Origin: Octopus vulgaris
Taxonomy: Eukaryota
Reading direction: 5' to 3'
DNA length: 64,000 bases
Assembly (NCBI GenBank): GCA_951406725.2
Contig: OX597825.1
Span: forward strand, 88,908,001-88,972,000
Shown here: one piece after another, positions 1-13,029 of the stretch
Position numbering within the stretch: position 1 is the first letter of the stretch
Layout of the letters: the number at the start of each line of letters is the position of its first letter
Translations under genes and position numbers: made by a program
The notes under the pieces: generated by a model
Seen by the model: the letters and a program-made list of their open reading frames with translations, nothing else
Databases searched by the model: none
What the model was told of the DNA's origin: nothing

Positions 1-177
1 AGTAATAATAATAACAATAGTAATAATAATAATGATAATAATAATAATGATAATATGAGGGAATAATATTCCAAACGTACAGGGAAAAATTCTATTTAGA
101 AATACTAAATCAAATTATAGAAATTTGTATAAAATTTGCTATATCAAATTTGATAAAAGGTGGGTTTTTTTCTAATT

Positions 178-197
178 TATATATATATATATATATG

Positions 198-283
<86 letters not shown>
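178..283. repeat. (TA)n microsatellite, representative of the many (TA)n, (CA)n, (GA)n, (TATC)n and (GAAT)n tracts in the window
   Basis: Directly visible. Confidence 0.95.
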
Positions 284-288
<5 letters not shown>

Positions 289-327
289 CACACGCACAAT
301 ATTACATTGGTATAAATACACAGAGAC

Positions 328-380
<53 letters not shown>

Positions 381-918
381 AGAGAGAGAGATCCACGTAT
401 GTGTTTGTGTGTGAGTGAGTGGCATCTCTACACATGCACTCACACTCATACATCTATGAATTAGTGACTGTCTTGAGTGTGTCTATGCAGATGTGGAATG
501 ATATATTTTACATACGCGACAATTTATTTTTATGTTATGCTGCTCTCAGGTTTGCTTGGAAAAAAGTTTTCTCTCCATAAGTAAAGCTATAAGTGCGTCG
601 TAATATTATTGGTGAAAATAATTCGATATAAAAGATCAACAAAAAGGAATATAGAAAATGTTCAAACTGCGTCACACAAACATGTGTTGAATTGCCTTGC
701 GCTGAACATCTGCTGTTTTTTATGTATTGATTAGATACATGTTGTTTTCATGTCTTCAGTATCATGTGTATGCTATAGAGATGGACAAGGCAAGCGGATA
801 TAGTGAATGAGTTTTTCATGTTGGTGTATACATAGGTGACCTTATTCTGGTAAATAATAATTAAGAAATATACATGTTGCCCGGAGGGCAGGTATTAAGT
901 TTGTTTCAATATCATGGA

Positions 919-1149
919 TATTTCTTTACTACCCACAACGGGCTACACACAGAGGGGACAAACAAGGACAGACAAACGGATTGAGTCGATTACATCGACC
1001 CCAGTGCGAAACTGGTACTTTATTTAATCGACCCCGAAAGGATGAAAGGCAAAGTCAACCTCGGCGGAATTTGAACTCAGAACGTAACGACAGACGAAAT
1101 AGCGCATTTCGCCCGGCGGCGTGCTGACGTTTCTGCCAGTTCGCCGCCC
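919..1149 (-). mobile_element. tRNA-derived SINE, family A (tail type 1)
   Basis: On -: A box TGGCAGAAACGT, B box GAGTTCAAATTCC, body GACTTTGCCTTTCATCCTTTCGGGGTCGAT. Several homologous copies elsewhere in the window. Confidence 0.85.
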
Positions 1150-1346
1150 TTTGTTTGAATATCATAGAGAAGCACAAGTAGAACGCATGCGTATTGGCAA
1201 TATTCCTTCTGTTTATATTGACTGTGCAATCAGTGAAATGTTGGTGCATCTGTGACAGCTCACCCTGACACCTATCGATTATTTATACCGTCATGCATTT
1301 TAATGATTACGTAAACAATTTACCTATATTTCCAGTCATACCGAAA

Positions 1347-1529
1347 ATGAACAGTTTAGCGTTTGCTCCGGCCAACCACTACCACCAGAATTCATCATGG
1401 AAGAAATGGTTGGAACACTTACTCAAGAATTTCAAAAACCTAGAGTTGAGAGAAGCTGGTCTTGTGCTGCATTCTGGCCTCACTTTATCCAGGTCGAAAG
1501 GGTTTAAGATAACAAACAAAGAATTGCAG
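1347..1529 (+). CDS. Profilin-like protein, coding exon 1 (MNSLAFAPANHYHQNSSWKKWLEHLLKNFKNLELREAGLVLHSGLTLSRSKGFKITNKELQ)
   Basis: ATG in AAAATG context. Acceptor tttccag| at 1335/1336 just upstream; phase-0 donor CAG|GTAATC at 1529/1530. SW..W..HLL...AGLV..SG.....S.GF.I...EL matches the profilin N-terminal pattern (SWQ.YVD..L...AAI.G.DG.VWA.S.GF....E). Confidence 0.75.
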
Positions 1530-1582
1530 GTAATCGATTTTTACAGTGCTTGCTTACTACTACCACTACTACTACTACTAAC

Positions 1583-1785
1583 TGCCTCTGTCCAGCCAGC
1601 CGCCATGATTGACTGATAGCTCCAAAAGTTATTTTCTCTTTGTTTATTTCTTCATGTTCCTTTCTGTTGATGAACGTTGCCTCGAAATGTAAAAGACTTT
1701 CTCACCTTCCCGAGCGTTAAACTAATGCACCAGTTTGTTGTTTATTCACCTGTCTTCGTCTTTTATATTTCTGTAAATTTCTAAT
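1583..1785 (+). mobile_element. Short interspersed repeat, probably Penelope-like terminal sequence, with a degenerate hammerhead-like motif
   Basis: Homologous to the reverse complement of 31773-31985 (gccatgat, gtaaaagacttt, tttgttgtttattcacctgtcttcgtc). Confidence 0.55.
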
Positions 1786-1965
1786 ACATTTAGCAGAAGT
1801 AATGTCTAAGAGTTCCGTTCGTTGGCACACTTCAAACTTGATAAGTGGCAACGCACGAAACTCTAGGAGCAGGAATCACTCTCTTACTTGTGCTGAATAT
1901 TAATAAAAATATACATATACTCATATTTTGACTTCTCTTTTACCAATTTGCATCACCACACCTGC

Positions 1966-2024
<59 letters not shown>

Positions 2025-2039
2025 ACACCACACCCACAG

Positions 2040-3520
2040 CCAGAACCGCGTTAATGACTTAGGAGTGAAATTTAGGATTTCTCGGTTATCTCCGAATCGG
2101 TTTTGATAAAACGTTTCCCAGCTGGTTTGCACACCATGGCACCACCATTCTTAAGCTTTCATTATTCTGTGTAATGACCATTCTTTTTTATTTCAGATTC
2201 TTCAGTTGTTTAGGTGACACACGCTAATAGCTTTTGAATGAAGACATCCCATCTCGACATATTTTTACAGAAAATGAATGGTAATGATACATATTAAACA
2301 TGCATTGAGTAAATATTTAACAGAAAACTATAATAATGTTATAACATTTATTGACATAAGGAACTATTTAGCCACATGAGAACCATTTCGAGGGATAACT
2401 TCAAAAACCCTATTAGTCATGGAATTTGTCAATTCCTTAATAGTAGCTGGTTGGACTGCCTCTGCTGCAGTTTTGATGGTCCCCCATAAGCCACCTTTAG
2501 ACGGAATTAGCCTCCCTCGGCATAAACATCTTGTTTAATGATGGGCCAAAGAGTTTTGATAGGATTGCTGTATGACCCTAAGAATATTTGGGTGATCCTG
2601 GCAGAGTGAGAGGGAGCGTTGTCATGCATGAATACGATAGGGGATTCCTTATAAGGGACAGCAGTATGTCATTTAACCAGGGACCCAAGACCTCCTTCAG
2701 GAGATTGCAGTTGGCGGCTGCTGTCACTTTAACCTCTTCAGGCACCTTGACTGAGCCAACAAGTCTGTCTCCAATGAAACCAGCCCACAACATGAATCCT
2801 CTATCCTGTTGCTGACGTCGTAAACGTTGGCGGCGCTCATCTCCAAAACAGAACCAACCATTGCTCAACCGCCAGGTTCGTCAATGGTCGCCCTGGTTTC
2901 GTCAGTGAACAGAACACAATTCATTTCTAACGTCATGTACGTTTGGGCTCTTTGAAACCTAAAACTCCTGTGAGAAGCCAGTTCAAGGGTTCTCGCATCA
3001 TTGAAGCCATGGTCCCTAGTACGCGATTTCTGGTGGTTTTCGGTACATGAGGAAATCCGGAGGCGGTGAAAATGGCTGTGCTTGGTTGTCCAGGTTTCCC
3101 ACGTTTCCGCCAATATTCCTTAAATCCCTAGCGCTCACAATCTTTGAGGTTCCTCAATCGGATGGTTTCTTCCTTGGCGCTCATGTGGCTAAATAATTCA
3201 TTATGTCAATAAATGTTATTATATTATTATGGTTTTCTGTTAAATATATACTCAATATATGCTTAATATGCATAATTACCCTTCATTTTCTGAAAAAATG
3301 TCTAGGTAGTCTATTTTTATTCAAAAGCTCTTAAAGCGTGGTTCAACCAAAAACTGAAGAATCTGAAATAAAAAAGAAATGACCTTACACAGAATAATGA
3401 AAACATAACTACGGTGTTACCATAGTGTGCAGACCAACTGGGAAAAGTTTTATCAAAATCGGTACACAGAAAACCGAGACATCCTAAATTTCACTACTAA
3501 GCTATTAACATGTTTCCGGG
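2040..3520 (-). mobile_element. Internally deleted Tc1-family DNA transposon with ~340-bp terminal inverted repeats
   Basis: 2040-2380 is the diverged reverse complement of 3180-3520. Frameshifted transposase motifs on -: VLFTDE, MLWAGF, VFMHDNAPSH, NPIKTLW. (TA)n lies close to both ends. Confidence 0.9.
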
Positions 3521-3524
3521 CGTG

Positions 3525-3563
<39 letters not shown>

Positions 3564-5297
3564 TGTGAGTATATGCTTACATGTATATGTATATATGTGT
3601 ATATTTTGTATGTATAAAATCCAAGACATGCTGTTTGTGAAGTGGATTGAATAGATTTTAACAAATGACGATTGCTTCTTTTATCTTCAGAAATGTAAGA
3701 AACGACGGTGTGAGCAGGATTTTAATTTAGGAGTATATTATTACAAAGTGGTTTGTAATCCGTTACTCAGCTGATTTCTCTTCATTATCTTATGTTGCCA
3801 TTATTCAAAGTACACAAGCTAACAAATATATTGTGCATTAAGTACAAAGATATTTACGTTGCAATAGTTAGCGTACAGTGCCTTCGTTGGAATTACGCTA
3901 GAGTACGATAAAGCCTTTTAATCAAGTAGGTTATTCATGATGTTGAAATCATTGTCTGTTAAAACAATGTAAGGAACAGCTCTAGATAAAAATGTTTTCT
4001 GATCCGCAATCTATTAATGTCTTTTGATGAAGTGTTTTAGCAGAGATCCTAATTGGCTTCACCAAGAATTAAACTGATAACAGCGAATTAGCATATTCGT
4101 TGTGTTATCCACTGCTCTAGTGCTAAAGTTCATGCAATTAACTCAGTTGCAGTTATCTCAAAGTAGTTGTCTATTTCTATTGACGTCGGAGATTTGAACA
4201 TTCTGTTAACCAAGTCTATCAACTGAGCAAACACCATTGTCGCAACCTTGGTTTTTTTAGTCTCGATTCACTGCACACTCCGCGCCTAACCTTCACGCTT
4301 CACCTCATGCTTATAACTGTTTTTGATGTCTGTTATTAGTTTATATCTAACTTTTCACGGAACCTGTTAAGTGTAAATGTATTGGGTAGTGAGAGATAAA
4401 TGTTTTAACTAACATCGTAGGACACTACTGACTTATGTGATAAAGTCAGAGGAAAGACAACGGACTGGAACTTACTTAGAAGGCGGTGGTTAGGCAAGAA
4501 CTAGATATTTGTTTAAGATAGTGTAATTATCCAATAGTTAATTTGTATCGACGGCTTCTCTGGGTGTATTTTTTTAACTACCACATCTATTGTAGAAGTT
4601 ATCTGTCTGTTCGAAGGGACGTGAAGAGTTATTCATCACTAAACAGCCTCAATGAAGAGAATCATTAAGTAGTTTTAATCTCATAGCCACAAATATTCTA
4701 ATTCAAAATGGTTCTCCTCATTGGTTTCCGGTGTTTATTTCGTCACAAACATGCATGACTTCTTACTACCGCTTTCTTTGAAGAAGTTAGTCTTCTACAC
4801 TAAAATATGTTGTGTGGCTAACGTTTTATGATCTTGGTTGATTGCCATCAATTTTTGGCAGTAATAGAGTAACCGGAAATTATTTTATCGATTTGGAATG
4901 TCGAGAATTTCAGAATTGAACTTTAAATACCCTTTGTTTATAGCTGCATTTTAAGGGATTCCCGTCTTTCACACATTTTCACAGTAGTACGAGATTCCTA
5001 ACGAACTGATAGAGTGGATTAAACAAATTCGTGATGCAGGTCTTTTATTGTCTTTAATGTTTGTCCATTGTGAAACACGACAACCACAAGTGTGCACTGG
5101 TCAATTAAATTGATGCTAGGCCTTCTACCATTTCATTAATTAAATGTAAATATTATGTTAATCGTTAACGTAATAGAATGACAAGAAATGATTTGTAATG
5201 TATTGTTTCAGTTTTTCTTACCGTTCAAACTTAAAAATAAAACTGCGAAACATTGTATTTGGTCTACTTTGAATCATAGTAAAATTCACTGGTGCAT

Positions 5298-5384
5298 ATA
5301 AAATAAGAAATAAGTGGAAATTTTACCGGTGAGTGTGTTAAATTATAAGGCACAAAAAGAGAATGACTCTCCCCAGACACAACA

Positions 5385-5385
<1 letters not shown>
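5298..5385 (+). repeat. Short repeat homologous to the arms at 37672-37902 (Penelope-like terminal sequence)
   Basis: gtggaaattttaccggtgagtgtgtta...ataaggcacaaaaagagaatgactctccccagacacaacag, directly followed by (TA)n. Confidence 0.7.
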
Positions 5386-5428
<43 letters not shown>

Positions 5429-6149
5429 GCATACACATATATTATTTATGGGAGTGCCTAAATCCTTTTTTCGCCAACCGTCTAAAGAAACAACAGTGCT
5501 ATCATCATAAGTTACTACTTACTAAAAGATGTGTCTATTTAATCCATTTTCGCTACTTCTCTAAAAGCAGGAATGGTATGATGTCTGGTCTCAGGCGTAA
5601 ATACACTTACAAAAGGTTTGAAAAATAATGAGTGAAACTAATATAATTCTTACATTTATCAGTTTCATCGCTGTGTTCTGTCTAAAATTGTGCTGAAATT
5701 ATCTTTTTTCTTTTTGTCAATCTGGATTAATTTGTAAACAAAAGTCCTTGTAGTGAAATTGACACTAAAATTGTTCTACGTCTCTCAGTAAAGCAAGCTT
5801 TGAGTCTCTGGAGAAGAAACAAATTAATTCTGAAATTCCATTATAATTTCTCATTAATTCTTAGGGGATTTGGCTTAGAAATTAAATTATTAAACACTTT
5901 TCTGAATTTATTTTACGTATTTTATTTCGCTGCTTCTTCTTTGAAAATATGAATTTAAAAAATGATCAGCTTATGTTGCCTATTGGTTTAGGGCCGATAA
6001 AAGCTAATGGCATCGACTTACTAAATAGTAATCTTCACTCAAATTTTTCTATGATTATATACTTAAAGGTGTGTCAATGGTTCTTTCTCTGACTATATGC
6101 GTGTGCGCTCTTGTGTGTATATATGACATGGGTGGCATCCAGTCACATA

Positions 6150-6510
6150 TTTCCAGATTTAGTCCATTTGCGTGATACCTTTGGCAAGTGCTTTGTACTA
6201 TAGCCCTGGGCTAGTCAAAGCCTTGTGAGTGGATTTACAAGTTAGAAACTACAAAAAGCCCGTCGTATATCTATATTTAGGCGTGTGTGTTTGCGCGTGC
6301 GCGAACACATCTTTGTCTTCGTTCCCGCCACAACTCGACAACTGGTGTCGGTTTGTTTACGTCCCACTAGCTTAATGGATTGGAAGAAGATAGCGATAAT
6401 ATAGTACCAGGATTTTTTTTTAAATTAGTACTGGAGTCTAATTGTTCCGCTAAAGCCCTCACGGTGGTGCCCCAGCACGTCCGCAGTCCAAGGACAGAAA
6501 CAAGGAAAAG

Positions 6511-6512
<2 letters not shown>
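6150..6512 (+). mobile_element. SINE, family B (degraded)
   Basis: CORE-like acctttggcaagtg, aaagccttgtgagtggattt, internal GT tract, 3' tail ggtgccccagcacgtccgcagtc...gaaacaaggaaaag. Homologous to 45105-45293. Confidence 0.75.
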
Positions 6513-6589
<77 letters not shown>

Positions 6590-9408
6590 GTATCTTTAGT
6601 TTCGTACGAAGTCAAAATATACGTAAAATCACACACAGACATTATTGTAATTCTTGAATGTAACAAAATCCGCTCTCAGATTTTATAAAAGCTAAGGTTT
6701 TTCATGCAACCCTCTCGGGGCTATCACAGCAGCTTATTTTAATATATGTTTCTGAAAACATCCAAATGATGCTATTTTTGTCTCATAATAACTATGGTGC
6801 TGTGAGTAGGTTGTTGTGAACTTATTTGTCTCAGGCTGCTCTCATCAGACACTACAGAATATTTTCGCACGTTATTATATGTTAAACATTTATCAGTAAA
6901 GTCTGTAATAAGGAGGGGATTGCTTGTCGGCTTCCCATCTGATCAGCTGATGGTTCATTTCTAGCCACTTTAGTTAATATGGGGAGTGGAAAATAAGTGA
7001 TAGTAATGGTGTTAAATTTAAATGGGGAAAATCAATTGCAGGCAATTTTCAACATGTAACTAAAACTGTAAGCGCTTGGAACAAAACCAAACGAAGGCTG
7101 TTAAACAGGGTTGTATTGTTATTGTCATGAATATAATTTGGAGAAGAATCAGAACATCCATATTGATTTGCTTTAATTACAGTATATAAGCGGAATTGCA
7201 TAGAAGTATGTCAGTGAGACATTAGTTTATCAAACATAACCTAGTTATCATTAATAATAACTGAACATTCGATTAGGCAAACCAAAGAGTGTTATCATCT
7301 TGCAATGTATTTAATTTAGAACTCCCACTTTCCTGCTACGTATCCCCATCATTTAGGAATAATATATTAAATATACATAAAATTACGTTTATATTTGTCA
7401 CACAGGAATATCAGGAGTTTTCAGTGTATCTGTAAAACAGACGATCTTACCTTGGGGAATTTAGCGTCAGAAATTTAGGTTCTGGATTAAAAATCGTTCG
7501 AAACCCATTCTGCCATTCGTCATTATGCCATACATTTAACAACTGACCATAAATACGCGAAGGCTTTTCTTCTTAAACATCTGATTTATTGTTTGGTAAA
7601 TTAATACCTGCTTTTAAAAATTTCAAAATTATAAGGGAGGACATTGCCTAGATTACATTTAATGTGAGCGATAATTATAAGAAGTCAACTTACAGTCTAT
7701 GAAACTGTTAGTGTCGGTGTTATTTGAACTTAAAGAGAAAAAGAGTCAAACTGAAACATCGCAAGCACTTCAAGAGTTAAGAATAGCACAAAACATATTT
7801 AAGTGAAAATTACGCACTTTGCTTGAATAAATTTCTGGATTTTCTGTTAATGGTTTTTCTGTGAAATAGATAAAATGCACTTTTAGAGCAATACAAATTG
7901 GAAGCCTGAAACTAAACAATGAAGTAACTTAAAACTTTGAACAGGTGACATAAGTAATTTCATTGAACATAAATTTCTTAGGTTTTCGAGAGTAGAAAGA
8001 GGAACTTCCTGACAAGGTCAAATGAATTATCTCTAAAATATTTTGCGAATTTGGTTGAATAATAATTATTCTCTTTTCGTTGCAGCTCCTGCAAGACTTC
8101 AGGATCGTGTTTCGTAAGCTACCGAGCAATTGCGTCACCATTACGGGTAGATTTTTATGTAGTGAGATATGCACACACACCCACACACAAACATACAGAC
8201 AGACAGACACATACACACACACATACACACACACACACACACACATAATTATAGAAATAATATGGGTGCCTTATTAGCAATTTAACAACCTAACGGCAGT
8301 GATATATATTGTTACTGTCTTTGTAATGCTTATTATTATTCTTTAAAACATTTCGATTCAGCTTCATGCGACTTAAAGTTTTGTCTGTTTCATACAAAGG
8401 CCCAGATCTTTCGGGCTCAGATTACTGAATAGAGGGGTAGAGGGAGTCCAATATTGCTGCTGAAAAAAAGGCTGCTATTGGTCAAGGCAAGTGACATGGA
8501 GGTGTAAGCGTAAGATCAAGGATACAGCGACAGCACGAGTATTGTATGGTCGTTATAACTGGAACTGCTCTTACTAATCTCGATTGTACGCTGACAACAC
8601 GCCGACCGATAATACCATATGTCCCGCCTTGAATGATAGCTCCCTATTTACCAACAACCATCTTGGTCTTCCTGGGTGCCTCCATTCGGTAATATGAGCC
8701 TGAACAAGCTAAGTTTCTTTAAGAATCCTATGAAACTTTAAATCGCATGGAGGCCGAATGAATTGCGAACCAATAAGACATCTTACTCCTACAAAATGTG
8801 TTCAGCGCCTCTTTCTTTCCTTTGTCCACTCACTCGGAGAGTGAGAGAGAGAGATTGTTATGTATTTTGTTTGGACAAGTATGTGGGTATTGGTATGAAT
8901 GTTGGCATAACAGTGTTGTTAAAATGCTGGGAACCCAGTCACATCACACGGCAGCAGAACTCCGTGTTTCTGACCCTCTTCCATAGCCTAGGAACAATAC
9001 AATATCGTGAGCGAATGTGAGAAGATAGAAAATCTGTAAACGCCCTGTTCATGATTCTACAATACAGTCAGTGGTTACTTTTAGTATCGTACATTGTACC
9101 GCATTGCATGGGATAAAGACCGGGGCTTTGTCTGTCTTTCTTCCCACCATTTTTGTGACAGGACAAAAAAAAAATCGCAGCAAAAAAAAAAAAAACCTTT
9201 ACATGTCAGTCAGAGAAAAAATATCAGTGTCTCTGATATTTCTAAGGTATATCCAACTGAAGAACTGAAGGACTATATTTTACGTTCCATAATGTCTCAA
9301 ATTTTATATATGAATGTAAATATATATGCGTGTATATGTATATATATGTGTGTGTATGTTTGTGTGTACACACACACACACACACATTATATTTCTTTCT
9401 CGTTGCAG

Positions 9409-9648
9409 CATATAGGAAACTGCTTCTGTGATCCAACCATCGAACTAATCTCTTTAAATGGAATTACATACTGCATAAAAGTGTTCACACCGACGCAGCT
9501 GGTGGCTTTCAATGGTGCTCGCTATGTTGTCATTTCAAAAACACAATCTATGTTCATCATTTTGCTGTGTTCTAGTCCAAAGAAAAGCAGAGCATTGTCC
9601 GATTGGTTAAAAATTGCAGCTTCCAAGATAATCGATCCTCAACCATGA
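9409..9648 (+). CDS. Profilin-like protein, terminal coding exon (HIGNCFCDPTIELISLNGITYCIKVFTPTQLVAFNGARYVVISKTQSMFIILLCSSPKKSRALSDWLKIAASKIIDPQP*)
   Basis: Strong acceptor atttctttctcgttgcag|, phase 0, joins exon 1 in frame to give 140 aa. F.DP, I.LNG..Y..I and V.ISKT..MFII match profilin F..P, L.L.G.KY.VI and I.I.KT..A.IIG. Ends at TGA. Confidence 0.75.
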   Translation, partial: HIGNCFCDPTIELISLNGITYCIKVFTPTQLVAFNGARYVVISKTQSMFIILLCSSPKKSRALSDWLKIAASKIIDPQP

Positions 9649-9739
9649 CATTCATTATATTTTCTCTATTTTCTTACCTTCGACATTTTTTAACAGGAGT
9701 ATCAACCGAAGCTTCAGAAGTAGGTGTTCAATCGTCGGC

Positions 9740-9792
<53 letters not shown>

Positions 9793-10550
9793 ATATAGAA
9801 AAGAGAAAACATTTCATATCAGAAAAGATACAGATATTACAAATGAGCCGCGAGTTTGGCGCAGGGAAACCCCTATGGAACTACTAACGTTCCTAGTGCG
9901 GAGAAGATTAAGATTAAAGCGATATTTACAAAAACAAATTAACCCCAATCCAAATGACAACAACATAGAAATAGCTTATGCTAATTATCACTGACTGCTT
10001 AGTAACGAATATAACTTGGAAAAATAACCCGTAACATGAATTAAATCAGAAAAGCTTGAAGAAAAGGGTGGAAGATGTAGAAAACAAAATAGTCTTCTAC
10101 ATCACATATGAAATGATTTGCCAATTTTAAAGATTCGAAGAGAAATTTGAAGAGAAATTTGGAAAATAATAGAAGCAATCAGACGAAAAGCATATGAAAA
10201 ATATAAGGTTTCGTATTACCAAATATTCAAGTTATAAACACATACGATTATACATCTGCGTTTAAAAAAAAGTTGGATCTTGTGGAACTTTATGCAATAA
10301 TCATAGATTACTGACTACCATTTTATGAATGGAGGGAGAAAGCTGGTTAAGATATTTTGCCGAATTAGTAAAATCCCATTTTCTATTGCAAGAAGCTGAT
10401 CATTGGACATTTCATAATCATCTCATCTTTAATTTAAGTTTGCCAGACTTTTTCATATCATACTTCAACGTATTATTTCTTTCTGAAATCTGTGTCGTTA
10501 TATGTCTAACAGTCTGCATGTAACCTACATCTTTCACATCGCACACGTAC

Positions 10551-10608
<58 letters not shown>

Positions 10609-13029
10609 CACACGCATATGTACATACACACGCATATATATATATATATATATATATATACATGTGCGTTTGTGCTTATATACACATACACACATTCTGT
10701 CACTTCTAATTAAATATTAAAGCAGACAAATGGAATTACAGAGAAAACACTGGCGTGGCTTAGTTTTATGTCTCATAGAAAGAAACGAACAATAGCAGCA
10801 TTAATTTCTCACTACGAAGACTAGCAGCAGATATATTTGTAAAGAAATAAAGATCTACATCGAAATGTTTATACACTTCTCGAGCACGCTTTCTTGGGAA
10901 GATGGTCACTTCTATAACTGACAACGATCAATTCATTTGAAAGAAATTATTTTAAACTTTGATGAAAGGAACTTTTGATCCCGTTACAGCAATATTACAA
11001 TCACACCATCTTTGGCAACATTTTGAACATCGAATTTATATCAAGAAATATTATAAATCTGAATTGCAACATTCAAAAACAAACAGTGTTATTTCCACAC
11101 CGTCCAAAGTCTGAGTGGAAGATATTTTAGCAGCAGAGACGTTGATTTGATTTTTCTGCCGAGGTTGCTTAAACATTATGCTGTAATAGGTTCTCCAATT
11201 CCTTTTTGGTTCGTGCAATAAGATATTAGCCCAGCTGGAATATATTCTGGTTTGCAGGTTCTTTTAGGATTATGTTTTAGATAAGAGAAAATTCACAAAC
11301 ACTGTTTTGTTGTTACTCTTTTGAATATAAAGTCGCAACATGATGATAGTCATAATGAGAATGAGGACGATTATGATGGAAGCAATTTTGTTGATGTGTG
11401 ACGTGTTGGAATCTCATATTCACAGGAAAAAATGTTCTGCGGTAAATCATAATAAAAATGATGTTTTTGTCTGAAATATATGACGTGTTTATTTTCCTTT
11501 TTTATATTTATTTTGCTTCTGTTTAGCTTCCCTGCAGCTAACTTTCTCAAACATTAACTGATATCAATTTCAGCGTATTTCAACGTAAGTAGCGTTCACC
11601 TCATAAATATAATGATAAGACTATTTCAATTAGTTATGATAAAGTATGCCATGTCTTTTAAACAAACGCTCAGCTGTTTAGATTTTTCAAACTCTCTCCG
11701 CAATATTTGCTCAGGCGACTTCATCTTTATTTGAATAAATAACCGACGGATGTATAGATTCTTTCATGTAAATAATACGGGGTTTCTTTTTAAAATTCTG
11801 ATTTTCTAATCATCTTAAAAGCTTGAAACAGCTTAACATTACGGAAATGATAGTCTGCGAGGAATCTCGATGGTAAATTATGTACAACATGTGTGTAACA
11901 TTTTTTTGTTTCATTCCAAAGAAAACGTCTATTTAAATAAAGTTCCTAAATAACTTATTGAGATTGTTGACAGTTTTCCCTAGCAACTAAAAAATGTTGT
12001 TTTGTATAATTCATGCCTACTGGCAGTTACAGAAATATTTGCAAGAGACAAATAAATGTTATTGTCGAGAATGTATTAGATAGGTGAATTTATCGAGATT
12101 ATGGTGGAGCGACAGCACAAATAACTTTAATCCGTATTTACAGTATAATTTTGTGAAGCATAGAGAGGGGGATGATTGAAACGATCGTCAGTTTTATTAG
12201 TTAATTGCCCATGAAATGATTCAAAATCGATTGTGATGTGTCTTAAACTCACAACAGAAACGGTAACATCAAACAATGCAAATCATGATTCTTCCATGTC
12301 TTATATTCAGTACATAGTGTTGATTATGGCATCAACGAAGTGAGACAACGTTTAAATAATTTAATCTCACTTTCGCGTGAAAGCGGAGAAGTGGTTTAAG
12401 CAGGTAACAGACAGGTACAAGACAGGTTACCGGTTACAATAATCACGGACGTAATATCCGAAACTAACAACACAATCAAAACAAACAAACACTTATACTG
12501 ATGAAGGTCAAGAATAAAAATCTCTGTATTATAAATACATTATGCCATCAGACACTGAGGGAACTGGAGAAACTACGTCAGAAATAAACTGTGACAAAAT
12601 TTTATCGTGAAACATTGACATGAAAAGTTCCAAACAGAGAATACTTTTATTAAATTGCTTGCAGTCAAAGTGAGTAAAGGTAACACTGTTCTGCATTTGA
12701 GAAGTTTATTTTTACTCATGGATATTTTTACTCATGGATATGATCTTCCATATTCCTGGCTTGGTGATCTTAAATATCTAAAGTATTTTACTTTTTCCCG
12801 TAAAGATTTTCAATAAATCTCGAATTAATGATAATAAAAAAATGTGAACTTTTAATAAATTGCTACTTTATTAGAATAAAACAAGTAATCATGTAAAAGC
12901 ATATTTTGTTAGTTTTAAGAACGTGTCTATTCAAAATTAACATAAAAAGGAATTCGGAATCATCAAATGAAATAAATGTAATAAAAAATACGCTCCTAAT
13001 AGTTAGCATACGTATTAATTCAAATGGAG

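Noticed and set aside
150-464. YIYI, MYVC and HTHT ORFs here and throughout the window
   Set aside because: Dinucleotide and tetranucleotide microsatellite artefacts.
550-580. Possible upstream 5'-UTR exon of the profilin-like gene (ctctcag|...|gtaaag)
   Set aside because: Weak donor; no independent support.
12553-12570. CACTGAGGG as alternative Chapaev terminus
   Set aside because: Poor match to the other end and no TSD; 12684 has both.
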